Below the pieces are notes generated by a model. That model was not told the origin of the DNA. It made no database searches and saw nothing but the letters and a program-made list of their open reading frames with translations. Below, piece by piece: positions 36,965-49,534 of a stretch of 64,000 nt of DNA (position 1 is its first letter; every line of letters starts with the position of its first letter). Made by a program: the position numbers and the translations under genes. The DNA comes from Squalus acanthias (taxonomy: Eukaryota). The stretch is taken from assembly GCA_030390025.1 (NCBI GenBank), contig JASTWF010000070.1:930001-994000 (forward strand), given 5' to 3'.

Positions 36965-39400
36965 ACTGTTTCCGCCTGCTGTGGATTCTTTCGTAAATCT
37001 GATTGATCCCATTCGAGTTCGCGTCTCTTTCCCGCCTTCTTTTTTGATGACATTTTCAATACAGCAAAATCCGCCGATGTGTCGAGTCTGGTCACTCCGG
37101 CCTCCCCGAGCCTGGGAAACATATTAAAACAAGGAAATATATAGATATTTAAATCATGTTTATATCAGCTGACTCGTTCTCCATCAGACCCGGATCTGGC
37201 TTACTGTTTATCGGCAACAGTAGACTGATATTAATCATAAATAATCTCAAATTAGAAACCAACAAGATTCATTTTAAAATCAAACTATCCATTCAGACAA
37301 CTGCACTGTTTGATTGGTTGACACGTACACCCAATCCAATCAGCCGTTTCATCATACGCCATCAGCTAGGAGAAGTGTTTCTAGGGTCAAGGGGCATAGT
37401 TCCGAATAATGGACCCAGGTCATTGGTTTAAGAGAATGGAAACTGGTGATATGGCGCCCCTACCGGCAAGCTAAGAGTCTGCTTGTGCCTGGGGCTCAAT
37501 GAAAAAGCTGTTTGCCAATTCGGTGGGCCAAGCTCGCTGCTTAGTGGCGTAGACAGATAGCAACAGCTTCCCGTCATAGCACACAGAAATGTACAGATAC
37601 AAAAACACATACACGCACTTACATACACACATACACACACACAAACACATACACACATACATACACATAAACACAAACACACTTACACACAAACACCTAC
37701 ACACATAAACATACGCCCAGAAGGACAAAGGCAGCAGGCGCATGGGAACACCACCACCTCCAAGTTCCCCTCCAAGTCACACATCCTGACGTGATAATAT
37801 ATCGGCCGTTCCTTCATCGTCGCTGGGTCAAAATCCTGGGACTCCTTCCCTAACAGCACTGTGGGAGCACTTTCACCACACGGACTGCAGCGGTTCAAGA
37901 AGGCCGCTCACCACCACCTTCTCAACGGCAACTAGGGATGGGCAATACATCCAGGCCTTGCCAGCGACGCCCACATCCCGTGAATAAAGAAAAATACTCT
38001 CACTTACACATACATACACACGTATATATATACACACAAAGACACACACAGACGCACACAAATATGAACACACTCACCAAATATAAACACAGACATACAC
38101 ACGCACATAAATGCATGCTTAAGTCTTGCATATCGACTTCGCATGGAAGCCATTTAGGAACATAATTTGAGTTATCTTCACAATTATCCAGGATTGTCGT
38201 CGCATTTCTGCATCTCTACTATAATTCCTGTGGCTAAAGTATTAAAATCAATCACCCCACAGGGGGCCGGGGCGGGGGTTCCTCGACTCCCTGTAGAGAT
38301 AATAAAAATACTTTAAAATCTGGCTATCTGAAATACAAACAAAAACTGCTGGAATGACACTGCCGATGAGTGTCTGTCCAAGGCATGATGCCAGAAATAT
38401 TAACTGATCATTTCTATCAGTAGATGCCAGTGCGGTTGATGGATTCGCTCTGTTTCCAATCGGAGCGCCAATGGGGATTGGATGGAAATTAAGATGACGT
38501 AGACATCGGTCTGCTTTCTGTTCACGGGGCGAAACATTCCTTTGAAGCTAAAACTGTACGCGAACAAAATATGAAACAAGCATTAATTCTGGTAAATCCT
38601 TGGTCACGTGCCATAAATATTGAGAATAGAATTGTGGGATGGTCTTTCAATCAATCTTAAAAGAACGTGGAAAATATAAAAAATATACAATTGAAATCGG
38701 AGTTGGGGTTGACTGGTTTGATACAATGCTGGAAAGCTACCACAGGGAGTGGTTGAGGCGAATAGCATAGATGCAATTAAGGGAAGCTGGATAAACACAT
38801 GAGGGAGAAAGGGATAGAAGGATATGCTGATGGGGTGAGATGAAGTGGGGTGGGAGGAGGCTCCAGTGGAGGATGAACACCGGCATGGACCGGTTGGGCC
38901 GAATGGCCTGTGTCTGTGCTGCACATTCTGTGTAATTCTATGGAAGGCGCCTATAGAATCTATGTCAAGGGTTTCCATCTTCAGAAGAATGAAGCGGTAT
39001 GGCAACTTTGAACTAAGAGAAAGTTACATCAATTTTAATTTTAGAATGAATTTCTGGTAGAACTGGTTTTGAATTGAGCAGACCATTTAGTACCTCACTG
39101 AATTTCTGAACAGTGATGCGGAAATGCCTGACCTCAACTGACAAAGAAGCGAGCCTGAGCGTGAAGCAGAGAGGGGCCAGCTCGTTGGCAGCGAAGAGGC
39201 GCTTTGACTGTGAGACGCGCCTGTTGCTCTGAATACCACAGATCACGCTGCTCGGGCCGCTTGAGAAGAGATGTGCAAAGTGCAGCGAGTTGCGGAAACG
39301 GCTGGCCGAGATTCTGAATTGAGCTGGAAAATAATGGCCGAGCTAGAAGCTCTCTGTGGTTTTCCTGTTTCTGCAGCTTAGCCGCTCACACACAGAAAGG
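36965..39400 (-). pseudogene. Inverted, internally deleted relic of a VJ-C1 family gene (promoter, dead leader, cytoplasmic-exon remnants)
   Basis: 37032-37051 is an exact 20-nt reverse complement of gene A last exon 49049-49068, within longer homology at 36965-37130. 38540-38725 is the reverse complement of gene A intron 5/exon 6 acceptor (45480-45645). 39133-39185 resembles the gene B leader with ATG>ACG and donor GTCAGG. 39230-39400 resembles the gene B promoter. Confidence 0.65.
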
Positions 39401-39597
39401 TCAAACAGTGAGTCGCCATGTTCAACCGCACTCAGAAGACAGTTGCTACCCAGGGTAGATTCAACTGAACAGAGAGCAGACTCGAGTACATTGACCTCAA
39501 TTACATCCGCCCCTTCCATGTGACACCGCGTCCTGTTCATCTGCATTGCCCAGTGTTTGCACAGGAGTTATTGATACTTTTCTGACCCTCAATATCA

Positions 39598-40018
39598 TTC
39601 ATTAAATATCCACTCCCTCCACCACCGGCGCACCATGGCTGCAGTGTGTACTATCTCCATACAGGCTGCACTGCAGCAACTCACCAAGGCTTCTCCGGCA
39701 GCACCTCCCAAAACCCGCGACCTCCACCACCAAGAAGGACAAGTAGAGCAGGCGCATGGGAAGACCACCACCTCCAAGTTCCGCCCTCCAAGACAGACAC
39801 ACCAACCTGACTTGGACAAATATCGGCCGTTCCTTCATCGTCGCTGGGTCAAAATCCTGGAACTTCCTCCCTGACAGAGCTGTGGGAGCACCTTCACCAC
39901 ACGGACTGCAGCGGTTCAAGTAAGAAGTCCACCACCACCTTCTCAAAGACAATTAAGGGTGGATAATAAATACCGGCCTTGCCAGCGATGCCCACATCCC
40001 ACGAAAGAATAAAAATAA
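39598..40018 (+). mobile_element. LINE 3' fragment; shorter copies at ~37715-37990 and ~40395-41060
   Basis: Shared GCATGGGAACACCACCACCTCCAAG..GGACTGCAGCGGTTCAAGAAG..CCCACATCCC. Confidence 0.7.
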
Positions 40019-41187
40019 ACGACCAGGTTCTTACTTTGATCAAAAGGTAAAGAAAGTGTGTTTACATCAAATTCTTATAAACTTTGCCCCCACCGTCCCT
40101 CGGTTTCATTCCTCTAAGGATTTTCCAAGTGCAGATTCTCGGAGATTTGCTCTGTAGGGCAACTGCTGAATTTCCTCTGATAAGTATTTCCGGTGAAATC
40201 CCAAGCCAGCTCTTTCTGGAATACCTTTACGGTCCAATAGCAATAGCGAACATAAGACATCTTTATTCACGATGCTGCTAACAGATTGTAGCCAGGGTTC
40301 AATGTCCCTCACTTATTCGGTGTATGGAAACGCTTCCGTGTCGTGACTACTTTTGGATAACATTCTGAACTTCTGGCTTTCAGCTCCCAATCCCGCGACC
40401 ACCACCACCTCGAAGGACAGGGGCAGCATGTGAATGGGAACACCAACACCTCCAATTTCCCCTCCAGGTCACACACACAGAATCACAGAATCATAGATTG
40501 TTTGCAGCACAGAAGGAGGCCATTCGGCCCATCGATCCCGTGCCGGCTCTATGCAAGAGCACTTCAGCTAGTCCCACTCCCCCGCCCTTTCCCCGTCGCC
40601 CTGCATTAATTTCCCTTCAGATACTTATCCAATTCCGTTTTTGAAAGCCATGATTGATTCTGCTTCCACCACCCTTTCAGGCAGTGCATTCCACATCTTA
40701 AATAATTGCTGAGTACAAAAGTTTTTCCTCATGTCGCCTTTGGTTCTTTTGCCAATCACCTTAAATCTGTGTCCTCTGGTTGTCGGCCCTCCTACCAATG
40801 GGAACAGTTTCTCTCTATCTACTCTGTGTAGAACCCTCATGATTTTGAATCATCCTGACTTGGAAATAAATCGGCCTTCCCTTCATAGTCGCTGGGTGAA
40901 AATCCTGGAACTCCCTCCCGAACAGCACTGTGGGAGCACCTTCACCATACGGGACAGCAGCGGTTCAAGAAGGCGGCTCACCACCACCTTCTCAAGGGCA
41001 ACTAGGAATGGGCAATAAATGACGGCTTTGTCAGCGACGACCTCATTCCGTGAATGAAGTAAATACAATTCTAAACTTTAACTGCAAAATTAAAATTCAG
41101 AAAAATGACAAATGCGCACATCCATACCATAACCTTTCTGTCTTTCGCTCCGAACTATAATCGAAAGCTCTTTATGGCCACTCTGCA

Positions 41188-41195
41188 ATTTGCAT
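41188..41195 (+). promoter_or_regulatory. Perfect octamer ATTTGCAT upstream of gene A
   Basis: About 220 nt 5' of the ATG at 41418, in a CpG-containing non-repeat stretch; Ets-like CGGAAAT near 41386. Confidence 0.45.
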
Positions 41196-41417
41196 TAGAC
41201 TGATCGCTGTGACGCACAGACACTGCCCACATGTAAAATGCATGAGGCGTGGGATGCAACAGGATACTGCACCCAACGGCTTAGCTCGTAATAGTTTCCA
41301 ACGTATCTGAGGGGGGTGTAACCAACTGTGTGTGCGCTCGGGTCACTCGGCGCCCACTCCGACTGCAGAATGTTGGGAGAGATCACGGAAATAACTGAGC
41401 GCGGTTCCGGCCTCAAG

Positions 41418-44400
41418 ATGTTAAAGGAAGCTTTTTCCCTGATCCTCATTGTCCACGTGTTCTGGCCTTATGGTGAGTGAGACACGGTTGCGAGCTCCTA
41501 AATGGAATCAGCCAAAAACTGGAAACAATGGACTCTGTTTGCTAAGTTGAAAATGTGACCCAGCTAACAGCTTTTGGGCTGATATTTTCGCCCATTCCCT
41601 ATCTCTGTAACCTCCGCCAGTCCTGCTGCTCTCCGAGATCACTGCGCTCCTCCAATTCTGGCCTCTTGAACAACCCCGATTTTAATCGCTCCACCATTGG
41701 CGGGTCGTGCCTTAAGCTGCCTGGGCCCTCAGCTCTGAAATTCCCTCCCTAAACCTCTCCACCTCTCTCTCCTCCTTTAAGACGCTCCTTAAAACCTACC
41801 TCTTTGACCAAGCTTTTGGTCACCTGTCCTAATATCTCAGTTTGTGGTTCGGAGTCAAATTTCTGTAAAGCGCCTGGGGTCCTTTAATTACGTTAAAGGC
41901 GCTGTATCAAAGAAAGTTGTTGTTGATCATGTTGGTTTACTGTCTGGTCCTTTTATAAGGCGAAGTAAAGGCAAACTAGAGAATGGATATAACCAGCAAT
42001 AACTGAAGGCAATAATGATGCTGTTCTTAAATTACAGGCAAGGTGTTTCAACGCGGCTTCTTTCTATCGCTCAATAATCAGTTCTAATATAACAATAATC
42101 CCTCTAGTTGCAGAATCCCAGCCCATCCTGTCTCGGAGCCCCTTCACAGTGACAGCCGGAGTCGGCCAGTCGGTTGAATTTGAATGTCGCCAGATTTATG
42201 AAGTGGAATTTGTGAATAGCTATTTCTGGTACAAGCAGCGTGTGGGTGAAGCCCCGAGACTAATCGATATCCCATCCTGTGATAGGACCGATTGCAAGTT
42301 TACTTCTAAAAAAGGACACACCAAAGAAATACTGATCCTGGAAATCCGCAATGTGCAGGTGGCTGACACCGGCTCCTATTACTGTGCTGATAGGGATAGC
42401 AATGCTCCGCTCCGGAATGGATCCACACTGCTGGTTGGAGGTAAGAGCAAAACCAAATTGAATTCAGATTATGCACAGCAATATCATTCGGTGTAAACTA
42501 AGAGTTAACTGTGTCCCAATCCCTGTCCAGACAGTTCCACACCCAAGACGGCTGTGCTGGTGTTTGCTCCGCCGGGGGAGCCGCATTTAAGGGACACCGT
42601 CCCCTTGGTGTGTTTGGTCACTGGCGTCTCCTCGAACCAGATTGCTATTTACTGGAACGTTACCGGACAGTTGACCGAGGGACGGAGCGATTCCGGTACA
42701 CTGGACCCGGACGGGACCTACAGCATCAGAAGCCATGTGATGGTCTCGGGGGAAGCCTGGAGAAGCGGCGGGGTCTGCACCTGTATTGTTGAGCTGGGTT
42801 CCAAGGACAAATCTTGGGTCAAGAGCGTGTCGCGCCCCAAAACAGTGGCAGGTGAGTCGGTGATCTGTATAGCGAAGATTAGTATTCAGCTTTTGCGTCA
42901 TTTGGAGTAGTTCAATCGCTCCTAAGCGCCTCACGGCTGTAAATAAAGCAACACCACAGGATGAGCATGAATGTCTATATATCAGGAGAAATAGTGCGAT
43001 CAGTCAGTTAAAAAATACATTGAAATAAACAACGGTTACCCTCCGTCCCAGGTCTTGTAAATACTTTCTCCACTCTTGGCTGACTTTTGATTTCTGCGTG
43101 TCATCTTAGAATCATAGAATGATACAACACAGAAGGAGGCCATTCGGCCCATCGTACCTGTGCCGGCTCTTTGAAAGATCTATCCAAATAATCCCACTCT
43201 CCCCTGCTCTTTCCCCACAGCCCTTGCAAGATTCTCGCCTTCAAGTATTTAGCCGGTTCCCTTTTGAAAGTTATTAGTGAATCAGCTTCCATCGCCCTTT
43301 CAGGCAGCGCATCTACAACAACAACAACAACTTGTATTTATATAGCACCTTTAACGTAGTAAAACGTCCCAAGGCGCTGCACAGGAGTATTTTAATACAA
43401 CAAATTTGACACCGATCCACATAAGGATAAATTAGGGCAGGTGACCAAAAGCTTGGTCAAAGAGATAGGTTTGAAGGAGCGTCTTAAAGGAGGAAAGAGA
43501 GGTGGAGAGGTTTAGGGAGGGAATTCCAAAGCTTAAGGCATTGGCAACAGAAGGCACGGCCAACAATGGTGGAGCGATTATAATCAGGAATGCTCAGGAG
43601 GGCAGAATTAGAGGAGCACAGATATCTCAGGGGGTTGTAGGGGCTGGAGGAGATTACAGAGATAGTAAGGGGCGAGGCCATGGAGGGATTTGAAAACAAG
43701 GATGAGAATTTTGAAATCGAGGTGCTTCTTAACCGGCAGCCATTGTAGGTCAGCGAGCACAGCAGGTGATGGGTGAACGGGACTCGGCGTGAGTTGGGAC
43801 ACGAGAGCAGCCGAATTTTGGATGACCTCAAGTTTACGTAGGGTGGAATGTGGGAGGCCAGCCAAGAGTGCGTTGGAATAGTCAAGTCTAGAGGTAACAA
43901 AGGCATGGATGAGGGTTTCAGCAGCGGATGAGCTGAGGCAATGGCAGATACGGGCGATGGAATGGATTGGAGTGAACGCGCTTTCTGACCTGAAGCTAGT
44001 CAATAGATGCGGTGAAATAGTTGGCTGAACGCGTCTGCTGGGATCAGACGCTCGCTCATTTCCACCCGTTTATTTTTTCGTTTCCTGTTTTAAAGACCTG
44101 AACCACCCTTATCAATCCCCACTTTCCCCGTGAAATAGATTTTCGTTTAATCGGGTTATGAAGCTTCACTGAAATTTGGTAATCATTCCAGTTTATCATT
44201 CATAAAACATGGGGGTGTATGTGCACAAATATTTGAAGGTAGCAGGACAAGTCGAGAAGATTGTTAAAAAACATATGGACTCTTTGGCTTTATTAATAGA
44301 GGATTAGAGTACAGAAGCAAGGAAGTTATGCTAAACCTTTATAAAGCAATGGTTGGGCCACAGCTGGAGTATTGTGTCCAGTTCTGGGCACCACAATTTA

Positions 44401-47400
44401 GGAAGGATGTAAAGGCTTGGAGAGGGATGCAGAGGAGATTTGCCAGAATGGTACCACAGATGAGGGACTTCAGTTATGTGGAGAGATTGGAGAAGCTGGG
44501 ATTGTATTCCTTAGAGCAGAGAAGATTAAGAGGAGATTAAATAGAGGTGTTCAATCATGAATCATGATGGGTTGTGATAGAATAAATAAGGAGAAACTTT
44601 TTCCAGTGGCAGAAGGGTCGGTCGCCAAAGGACACAGATTTAAGGTGATTGGCAAAAGAACCAGAGGGGAGATGAGGAAACATTTTTTTATGCAGCGAGT
44701 TGTTGTGATCTGGAATGCGCTGCCTGAAAGGGCGGTGGAAGCAAATTCAATAATAACTTTCAGAATAGAACTGGATAAATACTTGAAGGGATAACATTAA
44801 CAGGGCTATGGGGAAAGAGAAGGGGAGTGGTTCTAATTGGGTAGCTCCACCAACGAGCCGGCACAGCCACGATGGGTTGAATGGCCTCCTTCTGATCTGT
44901 AATCATTCTATGTTTCAGTTTTCAAATAGTATGTTTTCATTGTGTATTATTAAAATTATGGGGCATAACTAAGAGAGCCGTCTGTCAATTTGTCTATCCA
45001 CCAAACTAGTGCAATGTATTCCAATATGAGCTTTCACTTGTCCAATATGCGTCGTATTGGCTGATTTGTCCTTTCACACCCCGGGTTTGATGCTCCTACA
45101 TTGTAACTGGATCACGTTTCTCATAAGAGAATCCCAGAAAGTAATGATTTGACCCAGAAGCATTTTCTAAGTGTTTCTCTCTGTAGGGTGGTGCATCCCG
45201 ACCCTTCCCTTTGCTATAACTGTCTCGGTGAGCCTGGTTCTGGTATTGATCCTCATTTCCATTTGGAATCATAAAAGCGGCAGATCAGGTGAGAATTTAC
45301 GTTTATCAGGAATATTTGAATAAATGTTTGTTTAATGTGACTCCCTTCTCGAAGCGTTAAATACTAATTACAGTTAATTTTTTCAGAAGAACGAGTGAAG
45401 AGACCCCAGAATGAAAGGTGAGTAACTGAACCATTTACAAATTTCATCAGTAACAGTCTCACTGTATTTAACACTGTGTCAAAGCCAGTTAACCCCGACT
45501 CCAATTTCAATATTTTCCACGTTCTTTTAAGATTGAATCAAAGTCCATTCCGCAATTCTGTTCTCGATATTTATGGCATGTGACCAAGGATTTACAAGAA
45601 GTAATGTTTGTTTAACATTTTTGTTTGCATATAGCTTTAGTTTGACAGAGAGAACGATAAGAGCCGGAAGAAATGAACGACACTCAGGTGAGCTGGATTG
45701 AAATGTTGGTGGAGTGAGAACATCAATTGTGGGATATTTCAAAGATCAATAAGTGCATTTCCCGCCATCAAAATGTCCTGCCATCATTCCCCTGTCTGCC
45801 AGATCTACAGAAAGGCAAATTATTGGTTATTAATGCTAACAAATATGTAACAGTTGGACAATAGACGCCAGACACCGGGGGTGGATCATCCATGTCCATC
45901 CATTGGTGTATTGGGATACCATTAGCGTAGTGGGGGATAATTGGCATAATGGGGGATCATTGACCTATTGGGGTATCATTGGGGTATTGGTGGACCATTG
46001 GCTTATTGTGTGATCAACGGCGTTTTGGGGTACCATTAACGTATTGGTGGACCTTTGGCATATGGTGGACCATTGGCATATTGGCGTACCATTGTCGTTA
46101 TGCTGGACCATTGTCGCATTGGTGGACCATTGGCATATGGGTGGACCATTGGTATATTGGGGTACCATTGGCATATTGGGGTGCCGTTGGCGTATTTCTC
46201 GACCATTGTCGTATTGCGGTACCATTGGCATATTGCTGGACCATTGGCGTATTATGGGACCATTGGCTCATGCTGCATCTGTAATTAAATATCGATTAGC
46301 CAGAATTGATAATCTTTAAATTCATATTTTTAACTGTTGATACACAGGTGACACCCGTCAAATGGAGGTGAAGCGGACACATCAGGGTGCAATACATGTA
46401 AGTAAGTTCATTGAACCTGTTGCAATAATATGCAGGAACTTGGTGATTTCTGGGATGGGTGCAATGCGCCACATGCGGAATATTTCACACGGTCCAGATC
46501 ATTTTAATCTGCAGCGAATCCCACTCGTTGCTCCAACTGGAAACAGAACATATCCCGCAGCCCTCTTCCCATCTGATAATAGAAAGAACAGTTAATGTTC
46601 CGGGTAGAATGCATTCGCCAGACTTTACTGCGGATTTCCAGCAGTTTCAGGTTCTATTTCAGATTTCCAGCTTTTTGCTATTTTTTATTCTTTTTATATC
46701 TACATTGAGGCCATGTCCGCTCCCTCCACAATCCCCCGCCTCCTCCCATCAGGCGGAGATACTGTTTTTAATATATTAGCAAAGTTATTATTATGAAGAT
46801 TCAGAAATAAGACGATACCCAGAATAGTTTCACCGATAAGTCAAAATATGTTTCTATGATAAGTCGTCAAAGATAGAATAATTTTGGAGAGAATGTGATT
46901 GNNNNNNNNNNNNNNNNNNNNNNNNNNNNNNNNNNNNNNNNNNNNNNNNNNNNNNNNNNNNNNNNNNNNNNNNNNNNNNNNNNNNNNNNNNNNNNNNNNN
47001 NNNNNNNNNNNNNNNNNNNNNNNNNNNNNNNNNNNNNNNNNNNNNNNNNNNNNNNNNNNNNNNNNNNNNNNNNNNNNNNNNNNNNNNNNNNNNNNNNNNN
47101 NNNNNNNNNNNNNNNNNNNNGTGAGAGTGTAAGTGTGTGTGCGTATTGGAATGTGTGTGTTTGTGTGAGTGTGTTTGTGCGTGTGAGAGTGTGTGTGGAT
47201 GTGTGAGTGGGTGTGTGTGTGTCTGTAAGTGAGTGTCTGAGAGAGTGAGTGTGTGTGTGTATGTATGAGATTTTGTGAGTGTGTAAGTGCGTCTGATTAT
47301 CAGCCGTGCCTCAGTGGATAGCACTCTCGCCTCTGGGTCAGAAGGTCATGGGTTCAAGTCTCCCTCCAGAGACTTGCGCACAAAAATCTAGGCTGACGCT

Positions 47401-48175
47401 GCCAGTGCAGTACTGAGGAAGCGTCGCACAGTCGGAGGGGTATACTGAGGGAGCGCTGTAATGTCAGAGGGGCAGTACTGAGGGAGTGCTGCACTGTCAG
47501 AGGGGCAGTACTAAGGGAGCACTGCACCGTCGCAGGTGCCGTCTTTGAGATGATATGTTAAATTGAGCCCCATTCTGCCCTCTCAGGTCGACGTAAAAGG
47601 ACTCACGCCACTATCTCGAAGAAGAGCATAGGAGAGTTCTCCCTGGTGTGCTTGGCCAATATTTATCCCTCAACCAACATTATTAAAAAGACAGTTTATC
47701 TGGAAATTATCTCATTGCTCTTTGTGGGAGCTTGCTGAGCGCAGACTGGCTGCCACGTTTCCTACATTACAACAGTAACTACAATTCAAAAGTATTTCAT
47801 TGGCTGTAAAGCGCTTTGGAGCGTGCTGAGGTCATGGAAGATGCTGTGGAAATGCAAGTCTATCTTTCTTTTAGGACGTGTGATGGCGTGTGATTCTGTC
47901 TGGGTATGATTGATTGTGTGTGTGTCATTGAGTGTGAGTGTGAGTGTATTTGAGTGTGTAATTGAGTTTGTGTGTGCAATATTCTGTCTGGGTATGATTG
48001 ATTGTGTGTGTGTCTTTGAGTGTGTGAGTGCATGTGATTATGTCTGATTATGATTGATTGAGTGTGTCTGTGATTGATTAAGTGTCAGCATGTGTGTGAT
48101 TATATCTGGGTATGATTGATTATGTGTGCGTCATTGAGTGTGTGAGTGCGTGTGCTTCTGTCTGGGTGTGATTGA

Positions 48176-48210
<35 letters not shown>

Positions 48211-49079
48211 TGATTGAGTAAGGAAGTCTTGCTGCAATTGTACAGTGCCTTGGTGAGACCACACCTGGAGTACTGTGCACCGTTTTGGTCTCCTTATCTA
48301 AGGAAGGATGTACTTGCATTGGAGGCGGTGCAACAAAGATTCACTAGATTGATTCCTGGGATGAGAGGGCTGTCTTATGATGAGCGATTGTGTAGATTGG
48401 GCCTATACTCTCTGGAGTTTAGAAGAATGAGAGGTGATCTCATTGAAACATACAAAATTCTGAAGTGGATTGATTGACAGGGTAGATGCTGAGAGGTTGT
48501 TTTCCCTGGCTGGCATGTCGAGAACTAGGGGGCATAGTCTCAGGATAAGGGGTAGGCCATTTAAGACGAAGATTAGGAGGAATTTCTTCACTCAGAGTGT
48601 TGTGAATCTTTGGAATTCTCTGCCCCAGAGGGCTGTCGATGCTCAGTCTTTGAGTATATTCAAGACTGAGATAGATAGATTTTTGGACTCTAGGGGAATC
48701 AAGGGATATGGAGATCGGGTTGGAAAGAGGAGTTGAGGTCGATGGTCAGCCATGATCTTATTGAATGGTGGAGCAGTCTCGAGGGGCCGAATGGCCAACT
48801 CCTGCTCCTAATTCTTATGTTCTTATGTTCTTATGATCTTTCAAAGAGCCAGCACAGGCACGATGGACCGAATGGCCTGCTTCTGTGCTGCATCGTTCTA
48901 TGATTGCATGAAACGCGACTGCAGGACGAGATAGTTTGACCTGCCTTTAAATATCTTGAAATGTCAATGTTTAAGATATTTTCCTGTCTCAGGGCGGCCC
49001 TCAAGACCAGATACTTTACGCCTCTCTGGAATTTGCTGCCTCGGAAAAGTCATCAAAAAAGAAGGCGGATCGCGGATGA
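41418..49079 (+). CDS. Gene A (complete): non-rearranging VJ-C1-TM-ITIM Ig-superfamily receptor, PRARP/VJC1-like, 343 aa
   Basis: Eight GT-AG exons splice in phase without stops: 41418-41472 leader MLKEAFSLILIVHVFWPY; 42108-42440 V(J) (VEFEC..YFWYKQ..DTGSYYCADRDSNAPLRNGSTLLVG); 42531-42851 C1 (PLVCLV..IYWNV..DGTYSIRSHVMV..VCTCIV); 45187-45288 stalk+TM GWCIPTLPFAITVSVSLVLVLILISIWNHKSGRS; 45387-45417; 45635-45687; 46348-46397; 48993-49079 GGPQDQILYASLEFAASEKSSKKKADRG*. Total 1032 nt. The last five exons are conserved in the paralog at 240-3349. Confidence 0.85.
42108..42440 (+). CDS. Gene A exon 2: V-set Ig domain with fused J-like G strand
   Basis: Covered by ORF 42149-42496; canonical Cys, WYKQ and DxGxYYC; acceptor ctctag and donor G|GTAAGA; no RSS. 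Confidence 0.9.
42531..42851 (+). CDS. Gene A exon 3: C1-set Ig domain
   Basis: Covered by ORF 42554-42910; LVCLV, W, DGTYS..S.V.V..W and CTC C1 motifs; acceptor ccag and donor GTGAGT. Confidence 0.9.
43315..43965 (-). mobile_element. L2-clade LINE 3' fragment
   Basis: ORF 43608-44003 (AETLIHAFVTSRLDYSNALLAGLP); (CAA)n tail. Confidence 0.88.
44205..44915 (+). mobile_element. CR1 LINE 3' fragment
   Basis: ORFs 44328-44540 and 44564-44794. Confidence 0.9.
48215..48905 (+). mobile_element. CR1 LINE 3' fragment
   Basis: ORFs 48214-48477 and 48470-48736; (TTCTTATG)n tail; only its 3' part remains at ~2885-3175. Confidence 0.9.
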
Positions 49080-49412
49080 GAACCCGGAGGGTTTCTATCC
49101 GATGGATGCGGGCGGAGACAGGACTTACAAAAGAACCCACAGCCTGCTGGAAAAAGAATGGAGCCACGGAGAATCCCGTCAAACGTCTAAACTATCTGCC
49201 TGCACTCGCCAGAGTTTGCAAAAACTCTTTCTCTTCAATGTAACGAACGTGCTTTGAGTATTGTAAAGATACTCCACTGCATTAGTGTAATTCAAGTGTG
49301 AGACAAACATTAAGAGCAGGGACTTCTCGGTTTGGTGTTTCTCTGAACCTTTCCTGCTCATCCTGCAGCTCCAGTTAATAACAAGATTTTCGTTTGCAAA
49401 TGCTTGTGTATT

Positions 49413-49418
49413 AATAAA
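49413..49418 (+). terminator. Candidate polyA signal of gene A (paralog 4819-4829)
   Basis: Overlapping AATAAA motifs ~330 nt after the stop, conserved in both copies. Confidence 0.5.
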
Positions 49419-49534
49419 ATAAAATTTTCTCCGAATTTAAAGATGCACGAGAGGTTCCTTTCGACCAATACTTCACTTATATTTAAATGTGATCAGGATA
49501 AAACTTCAATGACTATTGAGGTGACAATATCGGT

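Noticed and set aside
42146-42152. CACAGTG heptamer as a possible RSS
   Set aside because: It lies inside FR1 of the V exon with no nonamer at 12/23 spacing; other heptamers I noticed are within repeats
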